Shown: in pieces, positions 55,997 to 63,433 of the stretch
Layout: each line of letters opens with the position of its first letter
Position numbering within the stretch: position 1 is the stretch's first letter
IMG/VR virus record: IMGVR_UViG_3300028805_000045
DNA: 64,000 nt
Source of the DNA: a virus
Taxonomy: Duplodnaviria > Heunggongvirae > Uroviricota > Caudoviricetes
Strand: one strand, 5' to 3'
Notes under the pieces: model-generated
What the model was told of the DNA's origin: nothing
Seen by the model: only the letters and a program-made list of their open reading frames with translations
Database searches by the model: none
Program-made: the position numbers and the translations under genes

Positions 55997-56121
55997 CTTA
56001 GTTTCCCTTCTGGTTTGTGATGTTTTCCTTCATCTTTCTTACATGAATATTATAACATAAAAAATTAAAAAGTCAATATTTATAATTAGATGTTTAACAT
56101 CTAAAATAATAAAGCGCGGCA

Positions 56122-56295
56122 TTAGCGCCGCGTGAAGTCAATGATAAATTCTTTTGTTTCAAGGTCTAAGCAGAGAACGCCAGTACATTCTTTATCTTGA
56201 AGATAAATTGCGGCAGTAGCAAAAACAGTTGTAATGTCATTGCAAGTTTCTGCCTTGGTGAACCCATCATCATACATAGTGGTCAGAACGTACAT
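56122..56295 (-). CDS. Cassette hypothetical protein
   Basis: AAGGAG RBS, MYVLTT.. Confidence 0.6.
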   Translation of the reverse strand: MYVLTTMYDDGFTKAETCNDITTVFATAAIYLQDKECTGVLCLDLETKEFIIDFTRR

Positions 56296-56441
56296 ACTTA
56301 AATCTCCTTTCGGGAATTTCATTCCCTATCTTTTTTACAAGTAAATTATATCATCTTAGAAATAAAATGTCAAGTCTTAAAATTAGATGTTTAACATCTA
56401 ATTCTAAAATAAAAGAAAACCGCCCCGAAGGGCGGTTCGTA

Positions 56442-56777
56442 TTACTTGCGCCGATACTGGTTCGGCTTGCCTTCAATCTTAACCACTTCATCCTTCCAGT
56501 AGTTAAGAAGGCCATACTGTACCTTGTTCTTGGTGGTGCCGTCCGGCAGTTCGCTTTCACAAGCGGTAAAGATTTCCGCGACCGTCATAGGCTTGTCACC
56601 GAGGTGCGCCATCACTACATCGTGAATGGTTTCATAGGTGTCCAGCTTGGCAGAAGCCTTTTCAGCCTGCTTGGCGAAGTCATCTTCCAGCTCGCGGATG
56701 ACGGCCAGTTTGTCCGCTTCGTCAGTATTCGCGCCGGTCAGGATAGCATAGATAGTCTTGATGGTAGCATTCTTCAT
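56442..56777 (-). CDS. Putative winged-helix DNA-binding protein (family A)
   Basis: KPMTVAEI..LPDGTTKNKVQYGL..W..VVKIEGKPNQY. Confidence 0.65.
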   Translation of the reverse strand: MKNATIKTIYAILTGANTDEADKLAVIRELEDDFAKQAEKASAKLDTYETIHDVVMAHLGDKPMTVAEIFTACESELPDGTTKNKVQYGLLNYWKDEVVKIEGKPNQYRRK

Positions 56778-56912
56778 AATTCGTTCTCCCTTTCTGGTTT
56801 GGTGGGTTTTCCTTCCCTTGATTACGGGTATAGTATATCATGGATTTGAAAAAAGGTCAAGTATTTGTTTTAGATGTTTAACATCTAAAAGTAAAAAACA
56901 GGCAAAAGCCTG

Positions 56913-57287
56913 TTAGTTTTCCCATGGTGTCATATCTTCATTAAGACAATGAAGATAATAAGCAAGTTCTTTGGCATCGTGAACGCTTACATCATCACCA
57001 TCCCACGGAAAGCCAATGGTTTCCCAAGGGCCAGTTTGGCTCCAATTATTCTGATTGGTGGTCTTAGGATAAAAACACGGAGCATAGTTAGGGCTGCCAT
57101 AGCTACCATCATGGCAAATAGCGTCACCCGTATGTCCTTTGAAGGTTACGCGCCAACCATTTTCATAATGCTGAACTTTGTCAAGTTCAATGTGCCAGTC
57201 ACGGCAAGCATTAACAAGGTCAACCAGAGCATTGATGTAAGCCGCATCAATCTGTTTAGGGGTAAATTCAGAGTAGTTAGTCATCAT
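56913..57287 (-). CDS. Cassette hypothetical protein
   Basis: GDAICHDGSYG..ETIGFPWD. Confidence 0.7.
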   Translation of the reverse strand: MMTNYSEFTPKQIDAAYINALVDLVNACRDWHIELDKVQHYENGWRVTFKGHTGDAICHDGSYGSPNYAPCFYPKTTNQNNWSQTGPWETIGFPWDGDDVSVHDAKELAYYLHCLNEDMTPWEN

Positions 57288-57387
57288 TCTCGTCTCCTTT
57301 CAATTTCTGTATATATAATATCATATTGAATTTATTTTGTCAATATAAATATTTAGATGTTTAACATCTAAAATAGAAATTTGGGCA

Positions 57388-57690
57388 TTACGCCCAAATT
57401 GTTTTTCCATTTACTGTATATTTGCTTTCATTTTTATATACTTTCTTTTTAAGGAATGGAGGTATTTTTTTATCTCCCCCGTATACTTTCATCAGCTCGT
57501 GAACAGTTGTGACATAAATTGTGATAGTGTCCAGCTTGTTTGCGCTTTTGATGATAGTGATTCCAGTGTCGGTGATGCAAGTCCAGCGCTGGTGAATGAA
57601 TGCTTCCTTAATTACTTGCCCCATACCAATTTCTGCGACAATGTGCGCGACCCGTTCGGCTCGTTCTACTTCGCAATGGTAACTCATCAT
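57388..57690 (-). CDS. Cassette hypothetical protein
   Basis: Promoter, RBS, stop in terminator loop. Confidence 0.7.
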   Translation of the reverse strand: MMSYHCEVERAERVAHIVAEIGMGQVIKEAFIHQRWTCITDTGITIIKSANKLDTITIYVTTVHELMKVYGGDKKIPPFLKKKVYKNESKYTVNGKTIWA

Positions 57691-57790
57691 GGTTTCTTCC
57701 CTCCCTTTCTTTTATGGCTATATTATAGCACAAAGAAAAGGAAAAAGCAATAGCGGACTTTAGATGTTTAACATCTAAATAATTAACCCC

Positions 57791-58036
57791 TCATTCGAGG
57801 GGTGTAAGAGCAAGTAGTTTAACATCATTTGGAACATCACTATCAATATAAGTTGCCTTGCGGCTCTCGGACTCAAATTCTACCATGATCGCGCCCGTGG
57901 TTCCATCCATTACATCAGTGGAGAAGCCGTGGCTTTCTGTAATGGCACGAGCCTTGAATACGGCGGCCCAAAGAGACTGAAAAAAATAATTATAGGTAAT
58001 AGGCTTATTATTTTGCCAATAAGTAACGTGATACAT
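57791..58036 (-). CDS. Cassette hypothetical protein
   Basis: Promoter, GGAGG RBS. Confidence 0.7.
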   Translation of the reverse strand: MYHVTYWQNNKPITYNYFFQSLWAAVFKARAITESHGFSTDVMDGTTGAIMVEFESESRKATYIDSDVPNDVKLLALTPLE

Positions 58037-58386
58037 AACTTTTTCCTCCCTTCAATTTTCATATATATAATAGCATAATAATATTAAAAAGTCAATAGTT
58101 TATTTTAGATGTTTAACATCTAAAATCATAAAAATAAAAATAGGCGGCCACGTTCGCCGCCTATTTTGGCTCAATCATCTCCAGCTTCGCCACTACTGGA
58201 AATGGGAGAATGCCCTCCATTCAATAACGCCGCCGCGCAAGACATTCTGCGCGCTGGCTTGCTAACCGGGTGGAGTTTCCATTCTCAACCCTCCTTCCTT
58301 CCTTTCGACGTGTATAGTATAACATAAAATGAAATTGAAGTCAATAGTTTATTTTAGATGTTTAACATCTAATATATAAAGGGATA

Positions 58387-58533
58387 TTAACTCCTCCTTT
58401 CAATTTCAAAGTCCATATCCCATCCGCGGCGCTTACTATCTTCTTGGATTTCTTTTAACTGTCGCTGCGCTTCTTCGAGAGAATCAACCAGATCGCCCCA
58501 AGCAAAACCGAACATATCAACAACACACCACAT
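58387..58533 (-). CDS. Cassette small protein (48 aa)
   Basis: MWCVVDMFG..; AGGAGG RBS. Confidence 0.6.
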   Translation of the reverse strand: MWCVVDMFGFAWGDLVDSLEEAQRQLKEIQEDSKRRGWDMDFEIERRS

Positions 58534-58652
58534 AATGATACCTCCTATATTTGGGAGTTTTTCTCTCCCTTTGATGATATAAGTATATCATATTTAATAA
58601 ATAATGTCAATCAAAGTTTTTAGATGTTTAACATCTAAATTGAAAAGAGGGC

Positions 58653-58871
58653 TTATGCCCTCATGTATCCAACTTCATTATAATATTCCCATACCTTCAC
58701 GACTTCATTTCCAGCTTCGTCATACTCAATAGGATATTCTATTAAGCTGCCGGGACATTCCAGCTCTTCAAAGATAATAGTTTCTTCGGTGCGTTCAATG
58801 TTTCTTACCCAAAAGGAAGGAATAAACAGCCCGGGGCGCAAATACACTTTTCCGACTTCAAACTTCTTCAT
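58653..58871 (-). CDS. Cassette hypothetical protein
   Basis: MKKFEVGKVY; stop in terminator loop. Confidence 0.7.
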   Translation of the reverse strand: MKKFEVGKVYLRPGLFIPSFWVRNIERTEETIIFEELECPGSLIEYPIEYDEAGNEVVKVWEYYNEVGYMRA

Positions 58872-58985
58872 GGCTTTTTTCTCCTTTACTCTTTCGTTCC
58901 TTGGAACAATTATATAATATCACATTGGAGTCAAATTGTCAACAATAGAATTTAGATGTTTAACATCTAAGTTTCGGGATTTGGG

Positions 58986-59135
58986 TCACTGTTTAGCGAC
59001 CCAATTTTCCGCGGCACGTTTGGATTTGAAACGCTTTACGACTTCGGCAGAAATGGTCTCTCCGGAAAAGTTTCGGGCAACTTTCCACACGTTCCAAGTT
59101 TTAGTAAAGAAATTGAAATTGATTTCAAATGTCAT
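58986..59135 (-). CDS. Cassette small protein (49 aa)
   Basis: MTFEINFNFFTKTWNVWK..; GGAGG RBS. Confidence 0.6.
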   Translation of the reverse strand: MTFEINFNFFTKTWNVWKVARNFSGETISAEVVKRFKSKRAAENWVAKQ

Positions 59136-59258
59136 TTTTTCTGCCTCCGTTTCGGGATTTACTATCCCTTTTCTTTTTTACAATTAAATTTTATCACTTA
59201 AAAATGAAATTGTCAAGAGATAATTTTAGATGTTTGACATCTAAATTGGAAAGCGTGC

Positions 59259-59330
59259 TTATCGCATGCACGCTTTGGCCATTCCAACTGTTACAATAAC
59301 GCCAACAATAATGAAAAGAACTATATCCAT
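59259..59330 (-). CDS. Hydrophobic micropeptide (23 aa)
   Basis: MDIVLFIIVGVIVTVGMAKACMR; sole ORF of a full cassette with promoter, AAGGAAG RBS and terminator. Confidence 0.55.
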   Translation of the reverse strand: MDIVLFIIVGVIVTVGMAKACMR

Positions 59331-59481
59331 TAGTTACACTTCCTTTCTTTTTTGTAATTATATTGTAACATAATGTAATAAAAAAGTCAATAAAATAATT
59401 TAGATGTTTAACATCTAAAAAGCAATATTGATTTTCAAAATGAGATATGATATACTATAAGCATGAAAGGGGTGCAAAATT

Positions 59482-59883
59482 ATGGAAATTCGCTTGGCTA
59501 ATAAAAATGATATTTCTAAAGTAAATTTAATTCTGAAATCATATAATATTTCTTATATTACAATAGAGCACTTTCGGGAAGATGTAAGACTTAATCGTCA
59601 ATTTATCATGACAGAAAACGAAAATATCATTGCTATATTATCTCTTGTGTATGATAATCAATATAATTATTATGCTATGAAACGCCTTCTTGTTACTAAT
59701 GAATATAAGGGAAAGGGATATGCACGTATTATGTTAAATTATGTAAGTCAAAAGGCACAAGGTAAAGTTGGCTGTACTCCATGGACTAATAATGCCGCAA
59801 TGCGTCATTTATTAGAAACGCTTAATTTTCATCTTGAATATATATTTGATAATAAGTGGTGTTATTATGTTAAGCAAGTCTAA
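59482..59883 (+). CDS. GNAT-family acetyltransferase
   Basis: MEIRLA..RLLV..EYKGKGYA..N.AM..L.E.LNF. Confidence 0.75.
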   Translation: MEIRLANKNDISKVNLILKSYNISYITIEHFREDVRLNRQFIMTENENIIAILSLVYDNQYNYYAMKRLLVTNEYKGKGYARIMLNYVSQKAQGKVGCTPWTNNAAMRHLLETLNFHLEYIFDNKWCYYVKQV

Positions 59884-59931
59884 CTTGCTTAGTGTACTTA
59901 GATGTTGAACATCTAAAATATAAAGGGAGGA

Positions 59932-60165
59932 TTATTCCTCCCGAGATAATAAATCTTCCTCTGTCATTCCAATCATTTCAGTGATAAATTCAGTGTTATA
60001 GGCAAAGAAATCATTTAAGATAGTTTCGTCAATACCTTCGGGATAAATGCATTCCAATTCGTACTCAATCGCGGTGAGTTCATCTTCAGTAAACAGTTTT
60101 ACTATCTGTCTTGCCCTTCCCCAAAATTCAAAGTCTTTCAAGGTGATTTCTTTTTTGATAGTCAT
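59932..60165 (-). CDS. Cassette hypothetical protein
   Basis: DFEFWG.A..YPEGIDET.LNDFF. Confidence 0.7.
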   Translation of the reverse strand: MTIKKEITLKDFEFWGRARQIVKLFTEDELTAIEYELECIYPEGIDETILNDFFAYNTEFITEMIGMTEEDLLSREE

Positions 60166-60283
60166 TGTTTTGCCCTCCTCTTTTTGTCCTTTCCCTTTGG
60201 ACAAGTATATATTATCATAAATTAAAGAAAAAAGCAAGTATTTTTTTTAGATGTTAAACATCTAAATTAAAAAGGTTTATTGC

Positions 60284-60598
60284 TTAGCAATAAACCAAGG
60301 ACATATTTGACCATTTGAGAATAGAGATTTGATTGTGCTCTTTTCCAATTTTTAGCGCCTCTTTTTTAGTGCTGATCCGCATAGAGTGGTCAACATAGTA
60401 AATGCCATCACTGTACCACACGCCGCAATTACCTTTCATTTTTTGAACCGCTTCAATAGCTTCTTTTATTGTGCGGCATTCTGTGCCATAATCTGCGACC
60501 TGCCACCCTGTTTTATAAGTGATGATTTTGTTGCTTTTCATGGTAAAGCCGTCGTTATTCTTGAGATTTTCAAAATAGGTTTTGATGTCGTTGTTCAT
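60284..60598 (-). CDS. Cassette hypothetical protein
   Basis: DGFT..GWQVA..GVW..YVD.S..NQISI..W. Confidence 0.7.
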   Translation of the reverse strand: MNNDIKTYFENLKNNDGFTMKSNKIITYKTGWQVADYGTECRTIKEAIEAVQKMKGNCGVWYSDGIYYVDHSMRISTKKEALKIGKEHNQISILKWSNMSLVYC

Positions 60599-60699
60599 TG
60601 TCTTAATCCCCTTTCCTTATCTTCAAGTGTATTATAGCACATATATTTTTTAATGTCAATAATGATTTTTAGATGTTAAACATCTAAAAAAATAAGGGA

Positions 60700-60903
60700 T
60701 TATGTATTTTCCCTTAAAAGCGCTCGACGCGCTTCTATAAATTGGGTATGAAGTTTATCTAACCGGGCAACAAGTTCCATCATCTCTCTTTCAGTGAGAG
60801 AAGTGGTGTCCGCTTTTTCGGCAAGCACCTGCGCCCGCGGATCATGATGGCGAACATAGTTAGAGAAAGCAACGGCGATTTCGTGGGTGTTAGTAGTGGT
60901 CAT
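60700..60903 (-). CDS. Cassette hypothetical protein
   Basis: Promoter, RBS. Confidence 0.6.
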   Translation of the reverse strand: MTTTNTHEIAVAFSNYVRHHDPRAQVLAEKADTTSLTEREMMELVARLDKLHTQFIEARRALLRENT

Positions 60904-61018
60904 GGTTTTATCCCCCTTTTTAATATCTTGTCCCTTCGGACAATTATATTATACTACAATATAATATTTCTGTCTATACTTTTTTTAGATGTTAAACATC
61001 TAAGATTCTAAAGGACGC

Positions 61019-61297
61019 TTACGCGTCCCAGTCCCGAATTTCACCGGTGTTAAGATTTACGTCATAGTTATCATACAATAACTGTTTTGCAAGCTGATAA
61101 TTATATCCAAGCATTTTCATAAACCATCCGATATGTTTGATTGTGGTCATGCTATACAGACCATTGATGTGTAACCATCCATCTTGGCTAACTGTGATTA
61201 CAACCGTGTTGTAACTAATCAGTTCAAAAGAACCATCTTCATAGTAGTTGATGCGCGCCGCGGCCTTCTCGTGTCCCTGGAATTTCTTGCTTGTCAT
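61019..61297 (-). CDS. Cassette hypothetical protein
   Basis: LISYNT.V..YSMTT.KHI. Confidence 0.7.
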   Translation of the reverse strand: MTSKKFQGHEKAAARINYYEDGSFELISYNTVVITVSQDGWLHINGLYSMTTIKHIGWFMKMLGYNYQLAKQLLYDNYDVNLNTGEIRDWDA

Positions 61298-61424
61298 TGT
61301 TTTTACCCTCTTTCTTTCTTTTCTTGTCCTTCGGACAAGTATATATTATCATAGATTAGCATATATGTCAATGGATTGTTTTAGATGTTAAACATCTAAA
61401 TATGACTTTCAGCTTAAATAAAGT

Positions 61425-61481
61425 CCAGCTCGTCTCGTGCCTTACATTCCAGCTTCCAGCTTGTCCAGCTTTTTCCAGCTT
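61425..61481 (+). repeat. Cluster of 5 CCAGCT motifs
   Basis: At 61425, 61449, 61456, 61465, 61475. Confidence 0.65.
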
Positions 61482-61985
61482 GCCTGCGCGTATATAAGCC
61501 ACTGGATGGCGCAGGCGGCGCACGGCTGAGCGTGGCGACCCTCGACCAATTCTGACAATGTAGGATCTGGTCGCCAGATTTGACAATGGCGAACTTGGAA
61601 CCAGAATTGACATTTGTTACGGAATTGTTACGATTGTAACATTTTTGTAACATCTTCCTCCCCTCCTCTTGTGTATATTGTACCACAGCCGGCCCGAATT
61701 GTCAATTTTTTGGCTTAGATGTTTAACATCTAAACCAGATTATACATTTTTTTGACCAAATTTTACATCAATTTATTACGAAAATATTAAAATTGTAACA
61801 TTTTTGTAACATATGAATACATGCTCATATGTTGATTGTATACATGTATACATTTATACAGATATACTAAAATACTTATATAATTATATAATTGTATACA
61901 ATTATACTGATATATAATCAATTACATTTTTGTATATATGTTTTTGTGTATACAATATGATACAATTATATTTTATTCAATACAA

Positions 61986-62012
61986 TTAGCACTCACCGGA
62001 AAAGAGTGCTAA
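61986..62012. promoter_or_regulatory. CIRCE element (HrcA operator consensus)
   Basis: TTAGCACTC-accggaaaa-GAGTGCTAA, exact match to TTAGCACTC-N9-GAGTGCTAA. Confidence 0.85.
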
Positions 62013-62088
62013 CAAAAATGGAAAAAATAGGAAAAATTTTATTCATATTTTATTTACAATTTGTTCTCGTTTTTGTTCGCATTTTCTA

Positions 62089-62117
62089 TTGACTTTCCCG
62101 CTTTTTTGCTGTATACT
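62089..62117 (+). promoter_or_regulatory. sigmaA-type promoter
   Basis: TTGACT-17 bp-TATACT. Confidence 0.7.
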
Positions 62118-62235
62118 TGCATTGCTTGCAAGGAAAAAGCAAGCGCGAAACTTGAAAATTGAATAGCACAGGAAAAGAGAACAAACGCACATTGACAGAA
62201 AAGAAAAAAAATAAAAAGAAAAGAGGAAAAAAACA

Positions 62236-62874
62236 ATGGATAGCAAAAAAATCATTGATAAAGCGCTTGCGGTAAAAATTCTCCATTATATGGAGGAAAA
62301 AAACTTCAATTACATTCAAGCAAGAAAATTTATTGAATACTTGAAGATTGAAGGCGGCACCCAAGTGAAAAGGGAAGCATTTCCCTTTGTTGCGCGGATC
62401 ATTGAATTTCTGTATAATCCTGCCGACTATGGCAGAAACGGAAAGATTTCCGAAGTGCAGGAAAGGCTTGATCGCTGGTATGAAAATAACCGTCCCTTGT
62501 GCGCTTGGCATGAATTACACGCAAGAAAAAACGGTAAAAGCGACCTGCAAAACAAGAAACAGGAAGAAATGAAAACCGGCGCGGGTGATTGGTTATATAG
62601 CAATACAGCAAACACAAGAGAAGGAATCATCGCACAATACAGAACAAGAAAAACCCTGATTTATTGGAAAACAGAATATTTTTCCATCCGTTGCACTTGG
62701 GAACAACTTTTTGATTATATGGAAACATATAATCAAAAAGGCGTTGAACAATTTTTCAAGGTCAATATCAAGTACAATCCCCAAGTCAACAAAAGTATTT
62801 GCATGTTGCAAGAATGGAAAACAAGCAAAAAAAAGATTGCCTTCTTTCAAGCTTGCCCTTATAATGAAGAATAA
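62236..62874 (+). CDS. Hypothetical protein (212 aa)
   Basis: Promoter, GAGG RBS, downstream hairpin; no family recognised. Confidence 0.7.
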   Translation: MDSKKIIDKALAVKILHYMEEKNFNYIQARKFIEYLKIEGGTQVKREAFPFVARIIEFLYNPADYGRNGKISEVQERLDRWYENNRPLCAWHELHARKNGKSDLQNKKQEEMKTGAGDWLYSNTANTREGIIAQYRTRKTLIYWKTEYFSIRCTWEQLFDYMETYNQKGVEQFFKVNIKYNPQVNKSICMLQEWKTSKKKIAFFQACPYNEE

Positions 62875-62933
62875 ACGACAAAAGAGAAGGGAAGAAAAAA
62901 TCTTCCCTTCTCTTTCATGGGAGGTGAAAAAAA

Positions 62934-63167
62934 ATGTATTTCATTGAATCGGAATATTTGGAAAATGTTGACAGCATGAAAGCATTTTATCATTATGAAC
63001 AAGCCGTAAAATACATGAAAAAAGCCTATAAAAAAGAAAAGAATTTGCATAGTTGGCAATGGGCTTTTTCCCCGTTCTCTGTCGCTTGTGTCCGTGATGA
63101 AAAAGGAATCATGATTGCAAGTGTAAACAATCGCGGAATTATAACAATTTATTCTTGGAATTTTTGA
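62934..63167 (+). CDS. Hypothetical protein
   Basis: GGAGGTG RBS; terminator gagggg..cccctc+T-run follows. Confidence 0.65.
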   Translation: MYFIESEYLENVDSMKAFYHYEQAVKYMKKAYKKEKNLHSWQWAFSPFSVACVRDEKGIMIASVNNRGIITIYSWNF

Positions 63168-63433
63168 GGGGTTTTTAACCCCTCTTTTTTTATTTATATC
63201 AATAGGAAAAAATTTCCAGAGGGGAGGGGGCGTATTTTAGGATTTTTGACTTTCTTTGACCTTCAAAGGCCCGCCTCTCCCAACTCTCAACCGCATTTTT
63301 TATTTTAAAACTAACATATTTTTTATTTTGAAACAAACCAAAAAATTTTAAAACTCTAACACTTGACAAATTCAAAAAAGTATGATAATATATAGGTAGA
63401 GGGTTATGAAACCCACTGAACCGAGGTGCTTAT

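Larger units (their letters stand above)
43072..61733. repeat. Array of 41 copies of the 19-bp palindrome TTAGATGTT(W)AACATCTAA separating gene cassettes
   Basis: Starts: 43072,43369,43885,44273,44852,45728,46127,46518,47014,47336,47668,48791,49201,49840,50203,50832,51424,52000,52570,53208,54086,54773,55323,55773,56086,56383,56870,57353,57760,58105,58354,58620,58952,59226,59400,59898,60247,60669,60985,61381,61715. Confidence 0.95.

Noticed and set aside
44364..60637. Plus-strand ORFs overlapping cassette genes (e.g. 48268-48801, 49313-49612, 50182-50592, 56367-56849)
   Set aside because: Antisense to genes with clear promoter, RBS and terminator; several run through the palindrome.
61414..61686. 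ORF in the last array unit
   Set aside because: It has a promoter and a possible RBS, but the reading frame is built from the TGTAAC and AGCTGG repeats; not supportable as a protein, left uncalled.
43072..61733. CRISPR array interpretation of the regularly recurring repeat
   Set aside because: Intervals are 150-1,100 bp and contain whole genes with promoters; the repeat is only 19 bp; no cas genes are visible.
43072..61733. Palindrome as an intrinsic terminator
   Set aside because: AT-rich stem with a 1-3 nt loop, and most cassettes already have a separate GC-rich hairpin just before it.
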